Both the position numbers and the translations under genes were made by a program. A stretch of DNA of 64,000 nucleotides from Kiritimatiellia bacterium (lineage in GTDB: Bacteria > Verrucomicrobiota > Kiritimatiellia > RFP12 > UBA1067), in NCBI GenBank assembly GCA_017520845.1, contig JAFXEU010000052.1, positions 93,968-157,967 on the forward strand, in the 5' to 3' direction. This document shows, one piece after another, positions 11,501 to 19,368 of this stretch. The notes below the pieces were generated by a model that saw only the letters and a program-made list of their open reading frames with translations, was not told where the DNA came from and did not search any database. Position 1 is the first letter of the stretch. The number at the start of each line of letters is the position of its first letter.

Positions 11501-14275
11501 GAAGCCGAGGGTGCCGTCGCGCCTGAGCGCGCATATCTTGACCGGCTTCCAATCGGCGAACTCGTAGCGGTTTGTGTACCCTGGTATCTCGTCGTACAAT
11601 TGAACTCCGTTTTCGCCTAAAACGGGATTTCCTTCCTCGTCGAAGCGCGGCTCGAGGCGCGTCGGTTCGCGCCGGGATATATTCTCGTCGCTCGGAACAT
11701 TGATGCCGTTAGTCGTATTAGTACAAATTTCAACAACAATCTTATACTCGGTACCATCTACCCCCGCAAGAGCGTTAACCGCGTCGAAATAAATCGTACC
11801 GATACCGTTCGTATAGCAAGGCGAATAAATCGCGGCGCCCTCAATATTGCGAACAACGAGATGCGAAGATTCGCTCTGCTCTCCGTTAGGCAACGCCTCC
11901 GTCGACCAAGGGAGATAATTTCGCGCCGAGTTGAATGCACAATCTTGAGCATACCAGTTTCCTATACGGACATTATCTAAATGCCATATTACCTGACCAT
12001 TGCAAAGCTCTGTTACACCCACTCCAGACCAAAGCTCACTACTATCCGAAATTTTTAAGTAAGGAGCGCGACCGTTCTCATCCAACACCTCATTATGCAC
12101 CCAGTAAGTACTATTAGCCGTATTCGTATTAGAATAATCCTGACCTCTGATAGCTCCATCACCATTACCCCAGTCATTCGCTAAAAGTACGCGCCCGCCG
12201 AGCGTCGGATTGCCGGTAGAGCCGCCAAGATTGCTGTCGGGAGATTCCTCGGTAATAACGACATCGACCTCCGCGCCTCTCAGGGGTTCATATCCGAACG
12301 CTCCGTTTTCAACAGGCGTTAAGCCGTCAACCTGAGCGACAAAGACATACCCCCCAAATTCCGTAGGAACAGCATTCGTAATCGACAATGTGACCGAAGA
12401 GAATGTATAGTAGGATTCACCGTAAACGGCCTCTCCCGCGTCCGCTTCGGCAGGCTCTTCGCCTTTAAGCCACGACACCTTAGTTACCGACGACTCTCTA
12501 AGCCAGCGGTTCTTAAAGTACGCTCCTGGCATAACCTTAGTTTCTTCGAATGAATAAAGCGTGTTTTTAACCTGTAAATAATCAGCGGTCATCCATGCTA
12601 CAGGAAGCGTTCCCTGTCTTACACGCATTTCGTCGATGCGACCAAATAGAGGATTGGAGGACGCCAATCCACCGACTCTAAGCGGCGAATCAGTCGGCGC
12701 GGCGAATGTTGATGCCGTTTTACATGTATCCACCCTGACGCCATCTATCCAAATCGTGGAAGAACCGATATCGCCGTCATTATGATCATACCAATCGTCA
12801 AAAATGATATCCATACGATGCCATGTAGTCTTCGAAATCGTCTTAGACAGACTGTCATCAACATGCAAGTCATCCTTATAAAAATACCTGACATCCTGAT
12901 AATTACTCGCAGTTCTAAAACTTAAGCCCCACCTGTCTTGATCTGCTGTGGAAGTCTTTCGTGAAATAATCATCGCGTTTGCAGACGAATTTCCTGCAAG
13001 ATAAACCCAGAACGAAGCCGTAAATGTTTTAGAGTGAGAACCTCTCTCTGCCCCGCTTTCAGGATCGATATTGCCGTTGAGAGTATTCATTGCATCAATA
13101 CTCTCTCTGTTGGTAGCCGACAATATCGCGCCTCCATCATTACTCTTATTGCCGCGTGCCTTACCGATTGGACCATTATATGCCGAAGTGTTTGAACCAA
13201 ATGTACCGACACCGCCATTCTTGGCATCTTCAGCATCATCCATGTGCCAGACGCCGAGATACGCGGACCAAACTTCCTTAGGATCAATCGCCGCGGGAGC
13301 CGTCTTATCAACAAGCTCGCCCCAGCACATCGTAATTGATGCGCCCTTGAAGTATTGCGGAACTTTTACCCAGATAATGCTCTCGCCCGCAGTATCCCAC
13401 GTATCAAACTCATGGGCGAGGAGATTGCCCTCAGAATCGATAAACCTGATATCCGATCCGTCCGCCTTGGCGTACTTATACTCAAAGCCCTTCGGCATAC
13501 CCTCCCTGATCTTAATAAGCATCGGGAAGTTTACGAGCGGCGTCTCGTTAGTCGCGTTGATCGTGATTTTAGCGTGATACCCGAGCGAATCTAAATACTT
13601 ATCGCTGTCGTCCCACGCCCAAAGCGTAACGGGAACTTTGGGAATGCTGCCTTCAGCAGGGCTACTATAGTTCGGCGAGGAGGGAATCTCAACCGTAACA
13701 TAGTACGTTCCCGCCTCCGTAGGAACTGTAGCCGACCAGGGACCCGACGCGCTCGTTGAATATACTACCGTATAATCGCCGTCCTTAAGCTGGAATGGGG
13801 TCGTAACCACTACCGGCTTATTGGGAGTCTGCCCGACCTGCCAAGCCTTAAGTGTAATCGACTCGACGACCAATTCCGGCGGCAAAACGGTAACAGTTAC
13901 ATTAACAGGCGAATTATCCGTCAAGTCCGCCCACTTATACCCATCCTTAAGCGCAACTTGATACTTATGCGTTCCAACGTCTTTTACTGCAATTTCGCTT
14001 ACTTCTACGCTGTCTTTAGTAATTGTTACGCCATTACCGCCACCATAAATCTTCTGCTCCTGACCATTATAAACTACACTATAAGTCTCGGTCGGTCTCT
14101 CAGGCAACAAATCGGTAATACGGATAATAACAATACCGCTACCACCGTTACCACCGCGCTCATTTAAACGTCCGCCGCCACCGCCCGAACCGGTATTCTT
14201 AGCGCCATCGGTCGCCGATACTGGAGCAGTAGAAGAGCCGCTACCGCCATTACCTCCGATTCCACTACCGCCCAA
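5564..14275 (-). CDS. Giant extracellular protein, C-terminal 2903 aa part (DUF2341-like and LamG/ConA-like domains); continuation of 14321-15928
   Basis: DUF2341-like segment (NFPMLIKI...ADGSDIRF..SEGNLLAHEFDTWD...IIWVKVP) followed by LamG-like segment (FTASFWV...WHRMDI...IWIDG...GRIDEMRV). Same reading frame as the upstream ORF, separated by one TAA. Confidence 0.85.
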   Translation of the reverse strand: MGGSGIGGNGGSGSSTAPVSATDGAKNTGSGGGGGRLNERGGNGGSGIVIIRITDLLPERPTETYSVVYNGQEQKIYGGGNGVTITKDSVEVSEIAVKDVGTHKYQVALKDGYKWADLTDNSPVNVTVTVLPPELVVESITLKAWQVGQTPNKPVVVTTPFQLKDGDYTVVYSTSASGPWSATVPTEAGTYYVTVEIPSSPNYSSPAEGSIPKVPVTLWAWDDSDKYLDSLGYHAKITINATNETPLVNFPMLIKIREGMPKGFEYKYAKADGSDIRFIDSEGNLLAHEFDTWDTAGESIIWVKVPQYFKGASITMCWGELVDKTAPAAIDPKEVWSAYLGVWHMDDAEDAKNGGVGTFGSNTSAYNGPIGKARGNKSNDGGAILSATNRESIDAMNTLNGNIDPESGAERGSHSKTFTASFWVYLAGNSSANAMIISRKTSTADQDRWGLSFRTASNYQDVRYFYKDDLHVDDSLSKTISKTTWHRMDIIFDDWYDHNDGDIGSSTIWIDGVRVDTCKTASTFAAPTDSPLRVGGLASSNPLFGRIDEMRVRQGTLPVAWMTADYLQVKNTLYSFEETKVMPGAYFKNRWLRESSVTKVSWLKGEEPAEADAGEAVYGESYYTFSSVTLSITNAVPTEFGGYVFVAQVDGLTPVENGAFGYEPLRGAEVDVVITEESPDSNLGGSTGNPTLGGRVLLANDWGNGDGAIRGQDYSNTNTANSTYWVHNEVLDENGRAPYLKISDSSELWSGVGVTELCNGQVIWHLDNVRIGNWYAQDCAFNSARNYLPWSTEALPNGEQSESSHLVVRNIEGAAIYSPCYTNGIGTIYFDAVNALAGVDGTEYKIVVEICTNTTNGINVPSDENISRREPTRLEPRFDEEGNPVLGENGVQLYDEIPGYTNRYEFADWKPVKICALRRDGTLGFDAPVETEELALDIANGGTARNFFRVYAKLNHNGPIRFRIRRASLADGAGEDGAFILIDNVIASYPSMRMDLESYGTFDPGKFGKSTLGFEGAFDIPFPSVKDEIIGRAKPVYTVSAADPDADTGKFVVASKMFYRWRYLEQQVSEWKGVTLDHKNGFKAVEAMRLEKDKPGDVEYYFVSWLNAPFYDYVDYSGADLKLGGYYSENTAQVTNRFDSATKLESCGTDWFIRLREGKSNFERVNLVITEKIEDDYTDTVYKTNSIPMELVGEGMWRGLYQTLDKNDNGIEYRLEFMNEQVSGATERNLTTNYFKIAENWTKLPVSDKLTETAAPEYSTLPVDGVTGYLLFQIDEETKAMTIVRADYQNFNTWNDANNRNGAEIFVGNSTEDEGKTGASPKSIETRVSATNWVDMAKTSKLWKESFDTTTAMAASDYVEFINALSPNGWNINNGMFIYGNYKDNTDKTKKNKAIDRALQMMGNGLGNLEIVDSSDSPRGIETISFNARLAQKMIFDDVSYYNAGSISSMSNYTVVVGGAFDTKKNTAFRGNASLSIFAYYRPRVGAYELRVEQIRAAGTDGSGNYTAERKGQRLSFYRWRLKGGRFVATRIGYKENTSKNFNISWPECDGELGYQGLYFSVSNCTEGVCLAAGFRRDAAGMKRQWTVKENLSNQKFSNIVLLDTSSDKLTQGTYGFLTANSEGVFARPKVLSEPASIMGQIYQDYKKDRPSIVANSVNQYSDLAVTFSGTETDCVETMANDDWVTWSERLGYDVEKELFKAVVPTQKIEIYTAPAGKSSPWTLLTERTIDTFGKSGRQTPFEIDIYSLDDCSVKIAAGGVSDSALRTDIVIDDIEISQFRGGEWDDAQESVGLGNWKPDTYQNGYTNFVFTTAWIRDGAIMLSARRTKPDDSPSSIRGPLYDGRYTSSYALRGEGLGMFSFKYKNAHPDVNLLLQIATNNVSESTMSGIDTNEDRWTTVTNFSFSALSDAELKGGVRNCYLGLHGVKGVMRLVMDPALVNTSQSLTNPDDFPEIYITEVYSRDEPMLDYRAWWGWNLRTLGEPDDLEKRMYLYDRTTGLPNGMSLALNNSVTDDVYVLQGEEYKQYQPFLQTPTFATNVVGEISFKARKYDVDNPQPAQVTVYGSYTGALNSDWVEIGKFIVSNSTYTTYTKKTEPGKEYKAFRLAVTGVKGVISANPPNYAPEGYDEPVRVLIDEVLVSEAIRARFEFRRVGAFRTGLDTMTYIPNVPSMEQQPMAGESWGVQCEVYPSQLADEIDLTRKPIVKLHWFEGEIPWGYNNWRSNNLAKSAYLAEATDTNGFYRSSYRLAQDAVIETISKKSTTVQYELEVIYYTKGSQTPQTNFLSEARSWVTPEWYKGVDKNAGKDSFSAYSILDSVAPGWAWINEVNIYGTESGSVENTDSDYQYVEIAVPAEADIGGWSVKMVEATDDSHVVTNTVAVFGDVIPSTKPNLIGMASNMVYRVIANQKSASSGRLKYDDGTLDGVWKIQNAGWAMAKSGNLYHTYPIGVQLVRASGIVEHEILFVGKSLFTPGTPLYEEKNPSNNVQILNRLMPGSRFIYIGNDDQGEGVSLSVMTSRGEDIGNWTNLVQCTPGRINIGQQIDPDHPTPNGTSILLYANLDTVFGHIRQTVGDAVNTNGNVILVIPKGSERGTNITYTVDRWYDLAKVTTNGVAASWTPAGPRIFTTTVGVGASNNVTVVASAKLDDRLVNEYGLGPDNKYRDAVVDWLEKGESLKFGEWANPDSDDIKLAEYQSLSGNIVTNLTLTQMYWLDIDPTAGDFVFRGGMVGPPQPITRSVSIDGVDYLADAPNFKMDVKLYITNKTENAESMYYNTAWAPYVLRGRGKGENSMNYSYSSARWTNVTFKITGFLNNGFNKLGNKDNWIPQRWFVFTEDSFDEDFVTSVEIKDPFSKDTPGYSNGWYDWHLAHPNDALFFSWSLDTRLEQFPVEPLKKENFYENEP

Positions 14276-14320
14276 CGCCGAGCTGTTGCCCGTACGAGAT
14301 CCACCGCCGCCGCCTGCAGC

Positions 14321-15928
14321 TTATATTACCTCAACACCGGTAATAGACGAAACTCTACCTGGACCGCCAGCGCCGCCTAAATTATTAGCAACCGAGGATC
14401 CCGCTACAGCCGCCTCGCCAGGTCCCCCGGCACCGCCGCCGCCACCGCCGACACGACGCTGAGACCCTAAACCACCATTGTTGCCATACCCACCAAAAAT
14501 AGACCCTGGCTGTTGGGCATCACCTCCAAATTGCGGAAGAACTGTAGAATTGCTATAATCCGAAGAACCGCCGCCGCCAGATCCGCCATTATTACCGGCA
14601 GATCTAATACCGCCACCGCCGCCGCCCAAAGCTTCATACTTTGCAATATCCGAAAGTGAAATCTTAGAGGACTCACCATTTCCACCATTACCCTGAGTCT
14701 CGGGTGAAATACCGCCCCTGCCGACTATAATATCGTAAGATCCGGCCTCTAAATAAACCCCCGTTGCTTCTATCATACCGCCGGCACCGCCGCCGCCAGC
14801 ACCACCTTGATTAAGATTAGCTCCGCCAGGATTCGCGCCCGCGCCGCCGCCACCGACTACTAGAATGTCGGCTTTAACGGCCTTCGGCAATATAAATTGC
14901 GTTGATACTGCAGTTTCTGTAATCGAAAACACCTTATTTTCGACATTTTCTTCAACATTAATGACAGGAACATCAATCGTATAGCGAACAATAACAACGC
15001 CCGATCCGCCCGCGCCGCCGTACGAATTACCGCCGCCGCCAGAGCCACCACCGCCGCCAGAGCCCGTGCCCGCTTGACCGGATGAACCTGTAGAACCCGT
15101 TGCCGCGACACCACTACCGCCTACGCCGTTACTGCCGCCTACGCCGACAGCACCGCCATTGGCATTACCGCCGCCGCCACCGGCCGCATAAATCTTATCT
15201 TCGCCTGAAATATCGTAAGATAAACCGTCTCCTCCGTTGCCGCCTGCAGAAGAGGTGGCGTTCTTGCCCGCGCCACCCGCGCCGCCGCCGCCGCCTTTAT
15301 TATTACCATTACCCTTACCGCCGGCATTGCCAAAACCGCCCGATACGGAAGTCGCCTGCTGAGCGGCACCGACAGTGCCGCCGCCGCAAGCTCCGCCGCC
15401 CGAACCGCCGGCAGTACCTGCCGTGCCGTTATAATATCCGGCAGTACCGCCGCCGATCGCGGTATACGAAACGCCATTCAAAGTAAAAACCGTATTTGCG
15501 CCGTTAGAGCCGCGCGAATTAGCCGTCGCACAAACACCGCCCGCACCGACAGTAACCGTACCCGAAGCGACAGTAAGGCCTTCTTGATAAATTAAGCCGC
15601 CCGCGCCGCCGCCGCCGCCGCAGTTTCCGGAGCCCGAGCCGCCGCCGCCGACAACGAGAATTCTGCCTGAGCCTGCGCGGATGACATTCTCCGTCGGAAC
15701 CGTAAAATTCGCGGTCGTAGCAGTGTTCGTAAAGATGTGGATAAAGTCAACGGTTCCGTCGCCGTTATCGATTTTACGCACCTCGTCACCACCCGTCGCG
15801 GCGGAATATTTTTCGATGTCCGCTTGGCTTGCGACATCAAACGAGGCCCCGCGAGCAAAAAGCGACCCTATAACCGCGGTGAACGCGGTTAGCGTTTTTA
15901 AGAGGCCTCTAGCGCTTATCAACCTCAT
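14321..15928 (-). CDS. Signal-peptide-bearing glycine-rich N-terminal part of the same giant protein (ends at premature TAA)
   Basis: Signal peptide MRLISARGLLKTLTAFTAVIGSLFARG, then two tandem glycine-rich domains (ILVVGGGG...GGGGAGG...YAAGGGG). The second is cut at GVEVI*AAGGGG. Confidence 0.85.
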   Translation of the reverse strand: MRLISARGLLKTLTAFTAVIGSLFARGASFDVASQADIEKYSAATGGDEVRKIDNGDGTVDFIHIFTNTATTANFTVPTENVIRAGSGRILVVGGGGSGSGNCGGGGGAGGLIYQEGLTVASGTVTVGAGGVCATANSRGSNGANTVFTLNGVSYTAIGGGTAGYYNGTAGTAGGSGGGACGGGTVGAAQQATSVSGGFGNAGGKGNGNNKGGGGGAGGAGKNATSSAGGNGGDGLSYDISGEDKIYAAGGGGGNANGGAVGVGGSNGVGGSGVAATGSTGSSGQAGTGSGGGGGSGGGGNSYGGAGGSGVVIVRYTIDVPVINVEENVENKVFSITETAVSTQFILPKAVKADILVVGGGGAGANPGGANLNQGGAGGGGAGGMIEATGVYLEAGSYDIIVGRGGISPETQGNGGNGESSKISLSDIAKYEALGGGGGGIRSAGNNGGSGGGGSSDYSNSTVLPQFGGDAQQPGSIFGGYGNNGGLGSQRRVGGGGGGAGGPGEAAVAGSSVANNLGGAGGPGRVSSITGVEVI

Positions 15929-16037
15929 ATTTAGCCTTTATTTACGGGCATTTTACAACTTATCTACATTTTACCGTACGACAAATTCCACCCTGATTTT
16001 ATCAAGGCAGAATCCTTTGTATACTAGTATCTAAGCC

Positions 16038-16067
16038 ATATTATCATATCCAACCGAAACGCGTCAA
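16038..16067 (-). promoter_or_regulatory. Putative sigma70 promoter of the giant-protein operon
   Basis: Minus strand TTGACG-N18-TAATAT with TG before the -10, about 110 bp upstream of ATG 15928. Confidence 0.45.
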
Positions 16068-16148
16068 TCAGAATTTCAATAACCCAAAGTTACCGAAACA
16101 ACTCTTTCAAGGAACGAAGATTAATCATCCTCACACCTCTAAAGTTTC

Positions 16149-16403
16149 ATAAACTCCGATGGTTGTTCAAAAGGGGGCTCACTAACGTTCCGCCCTATAC
16201 GCTTCGCACATCCTAACCGCTGTATTTCTCTCATCCGGTTACTTTCTTTTATCTCTGGGGTTCCACCCCAGACCCCCTTCCCCAAATGCCGAAGGCATAT
16301 ACAAAAAACAATGTACAATAAAGCATACACCAATGCGGTTATAAAGCGCGTAGCCCATAACACGAAGCGTTAGCGAAGTGCATCGGTAACCTATCGGAGT
16401 TAA
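16149..16403. repeat. ~253-bp fold-back repeat, copy 1 (MITE/REPIN-like or structured RNA)
   Basis: Starts ATAAACTCCGATGGTT and ends AACCTATCGGAGTT. Near-identical to copies 2 and 3, with internal nested complementary blocks. Confidence 0.9.
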
Positions 16404-16427
16404 TTAATTTTAAGGGATTCAATTCTT

Positions 16428-16679
16428 ATAAACTCCGATGGTTGTTCAAATGCCTCCACTAACGCTCCGGCTAAACGCTTCGCACGTCCTAACCGCTGTA
16501 TTTCTGCTATTCATTTACTTTCTTTTATATCTGGGGTTCCACCCCAGACCCCTTCCACAAAATGCCGAAGGCATATACAAAAACAATGCACAGTAAAGCA
16601 TACACCAATGCGGTTATAAAGCGCGTAGCCCATAACACGAAGCGTTAGCGAAGTGCATCGGTAACCTATCGGAGTTTAT
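16428..16679. repeat. ~253-bp fold-back repeat, copy 2
   Basis: ATAAACTCCGAT...ATCGGAGTTTAT terminal inverted repeat. Direct copy of 16149-16403, ending 8 bp from the GxxExxY stop. Confidence 0.9.
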
Positions 16680-16687
16680 CTAAAATC

Positions 16688-17080
16688 TCAAGAAGACGGC
16701 AAATTCGTTAATTCAAAAGTATCATATTGAAGTTCCTCTTTCCCGAAATTGATTAGCATCGCATAAGGTATTTTTGTTGCGCGAACATAATGTATAACCT
16801 GCGCCCATTCAATCTTAGTGATTGATTTTATAGCTTTCAATTCAACAAGATACGTCCGATCATAACAGGTAAAATCTGCGCGATATCGAGTTTTTAGACG
16901 TACGCCCTCATAATAAATATAAACCTCATCTTCCCGTATATATGGTATACCATGTTTTTGAAACTCAACCTCCAAGGCATCACCATAAGTAGATTCTAAA
17001 AATCCATTTTTAAGAATATTATGCACCCGCATTGCACAACCTAAAATTGCAAATGCCTTAGGATCATCTTTAAGTTTCAT
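16688..17080 (-). CDS. GxxExxY family protein (PD-(D/E)XK nuclease fold)
   Basis: AILGCAMRVHNILKNGFLESTY carries GxxExxY; RADF...LVELKA...AQVIHY...LINFG are family motifs. AAGGGG RBS before ATG 17080; extended -10 TGGTATAAT at 17102-17110. Confidence 0.9.
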   Translation of the reverse strand: MKLKDDPKAFAILGCAMRVHNILKNGFLESTYGDALEVEFQKHGIPYIREDEVYIYYEGVRLKTRYRADFTCYDRTYLVELKAIKSITKIEWAQVIHYVRATKIPYAMLINFGKEELQYDTFELTNLPSS

Positions 17081-17157
17081 AAACACCCCTTTCGCAAATT
17101 GATTATACCATAAAACAATTCCAATAAGACAATAAAACTTCTCATCCTCTTAATTTC

Positions 17158-17410
17158 ATAAACTCCGATGGTTGTTCAAATGTCTCCGCTAACGCTCCGG
17201 CTATACGCTTCGCACATCCTAACCACTGTATTCTTGCTATTTATTTACTTTCTTTTATATCTGGGGTTTCACCCCAGACCCCCTCCACAAAATGCCGAAG
17301 GCATATACAAAAAACAATGTACAATAAAGCATACACCAATACGGTTATAAAGCGCGTAGCCCATAACACGAAGCGTTAGCGAAGTGCATCGGTAACCTAT
17401 CGGAGTTTAT
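17158..17410. repeat. ~253-bp fold-back repeat, copy 3
   Basis: Same termini and internal hairpins; lies upstream of the GxxExxY gene. Confidence 0.9.
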
Positions 17411-17483
17411 AAAATCTAAGCAACGCGCAGAATCTACAAATTCCACTCTCGAACTTGAACTCAAAACTCCAACTAACTAAACC

Positions 17484-17511
17484 AAAAGCCCGCGACCTCT
17501 CAGCCACGGGC
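17484..17511 (-). terminator. Rho-independent terminator
   Basis: Minus strand GCCCGTGGC-TGAGAG-GTCGCGGGC-TTTT downstream of the 17548 stop; homologous to the hairpin at 19820-19860. Confidence 0.7.
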
Positions 17512-17547
17512 CCCACTAACGACTAACGACTAATCACTACCGACTAA

Positions 17548-19368
17548 TCACCTAACAATAACCTTAAATCCCTTAATCGGATCCTGCGAATAATAAAGCG
17601 TCTTCTTATCCTCATCCCACTCGAGTTTTGCACGGCGACTGCGTTTCACATCCACACCATCAGCCGTAACAACGAGCTTGCTGGCGGTCATCGTCATCGT
17701 CTTCATAGCATTTTTGGTATTATCATCAAGCGTTCCCTTAAACTGAATAAGAGGAACCAATTCAGCGTTCTTATTATAATTACTTACGTCTATATTCATC
17801 GTACAAGTGTCGCTACTATGCAAGAGACTAGCAAGCACATAAGAAGTTGAGTAAGGCGTTGCAGGAATCTTAATGTAATAGGTACCGCCTAATTTCATTT
17901 TTTTATAGCCAGAACCTTCTGCGGCTATAAGTCGAGCTTGACGATCCGGACCATCAAAAAACCGCATTTTTTGAGTTGCAAGCACTTTGTCTGAATCATG
18001 CTTAACATGCCAAATCGCGTTTGATATTATGACCTCTTCAGCCCCATAAAAATCTGTCGAACCATACGATGTATACAGTTCTCCATTCTGAACGGTAAGA
18101 CTATTTCCAGTGCTGTAAGCGGGGTTATACTTGAAATACCCTTTCGTTGTCGAGGTAGACTTTTCTACAGATGTCTGCGGATTATTTAATACCACCTTAT
18201 ATCCGGCAGGTATATTTAATTCAAATGTACCATACTCATTCCTAGGTTCATCTATATATGAAATTCCTATTTTATCCAATGTCAATGTGGGGCCTGGATT
18301 GGAACCTAAAGCCTCGCTATTATTCCAGAAGTGGTTATACGTAATCAACAAGCGAGCATTATACAATGTTACTGAAATATTCTTATCTAATTCAAACGCA
18401 CCGTCATCAACAAATCCGTAGGTTTCACCATGCATATCAATACGATCAACGGAATTTGTAAATCTTACACGAGTCCAATACCAGCCCCCGTTCCATGCTC
18501 CCGGATAACCAACACATTCATTTTGATGGTTCGCATCCCAGTTTCGAACATCCTTCCAACTGACGCCATCACCTTTGCCGGTCCACGTATAAACCGTCTT
18601 TTGAAGTTCTGTAGTTCTACGCGACTTTGTTGTTATTGCATATCCTGTCAATCCATCATAATATTTTTTTTGAGTACCATCGCTGTAACAAACAACAACT
18701 TGATAGGTAACAGAGTTATTAATATTATCAAGCGCAATCAAAGCGTCAAAGGTTCCATCATTTGAATTAAGTGTTGCCTCTACACTTTTATTAAGCACAG
18801 AACCATCAACAGCATAATTTACTCGAATCGAAGAAATACCTGCCGTGACATCATAATTACCTAAAATCGAAAATCCAGCACTCGGTTTATAATTATGCTG
18901 CGCTTTTATATTTAAAACACCAGACAAAGGAACTACAATAAATACATCCGTATTACTAAAATCTTCACCAGCCTTAAAAGCCTTATAAGTAATTCTAATT
19001 GCATGCTCACCAGCATAAAAATCTTCCAACGAAGTGTAACCCGTGTTTTCTAATGATGCAGAAGCTATGTCTAAGTCACCTTCATTTTTTAATTTAAGCA
19101 TTTGTTCTTTCGATATAATAACCTTTTCCTTTACGACCTCAGAGTTGCCATTCAACAATTCTATATGTAAATAAGCGTATCGCGTTGAAGATGTATTAGA
19201 ATATCCTAGCACATAACTAAATGTCGCAGTTCCCTGTGCGTCAAAATTTAAATCACTAACATTCAATTTAATATCCGCCCACACGCTGCCGACGCAAAGC
19301 GCGGCGAACAATGTAAGCGCGACCCGCTTCATTTTACGGAAGCACTTACTTAATATTGTTAATTTCAT
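17548..19368 (-). CDS. Secreted hypothetical protein, low GC, short C-terminal KGFKVIVR tail
   Basis: Signal peptide (..ALTLFAALCVGSVWA-D), YTWTGKGDGVSWKDVRNW motif typical of beta-rich passenger proteins, AAGGA RBS. Confidence 0.8.
   Translation of the reverse strand: MKLTILSKCFRKMKRVALTLFAALCVGSVWADIKLNVSDLNFDAQGTATFSYVLGYSNTSSTRYAYLHIELLNGNSEVVKEKVIISKEQMLKLKNEGDLDIASASLENTGYTSLEDFYAGEHAIRITYKAFKAGEDFSNTDVFIVVPLSGVLNIKAQHNYKPSAGFSILGNYDVTAGISSIRVNYAVDGSVLNKSVEATLNSNDGTFDALIALDNINNSVTYQVVVCYSDGTQKKYYDGLTGYAITTKSRRTTELQKTVYTWTGKGDGVSWKDVRNWDANHQNECVGYPGAWNGGWYWTRVRFTNSVDRIDMHGETYGFVDDGAFELDKNISVTLYNARLLITYNHFWNNSEALGSNPGPTLTLDKIGISYIDEPRNEYGTFELNIPAGYKVVLNNPQTSVEKSTSTTKGYFKYNPAYSTGNSLTVQNGELYTSYGSTDFYGAEEVIISNAIWHVKHDSDKVLATQKMRFFDGPDRQARLIAAEGSGYKKMKLGGTYYIKIPATPYSTSYVLASLLHSSDTCTMNIDVSNYNKNAELVPLIQFKGTLDDNTKNAMKTMTMTASKLVVTADGVDVKRSRRAKLEWDEDKKTLYYSQDPIKGFKVIVR

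Noticed and set aside
14321-14323. Genetic-code reassignment of TAA
   Set aside because: TAA terminates many conserved genes here (mnmG, dnaA, dnaN), so a point mutation or error is simpler.
16139-17350. Short ORFs 16139-16363 and 17168-17350
   Set aside because: They lie inside the fold-back repeats and the frames are not conserved between copies.
16149-17410. CRISPR array
   Set aside because: Repeats are ~253 bp with no unique spacers of regular length, and there are no cas genes.
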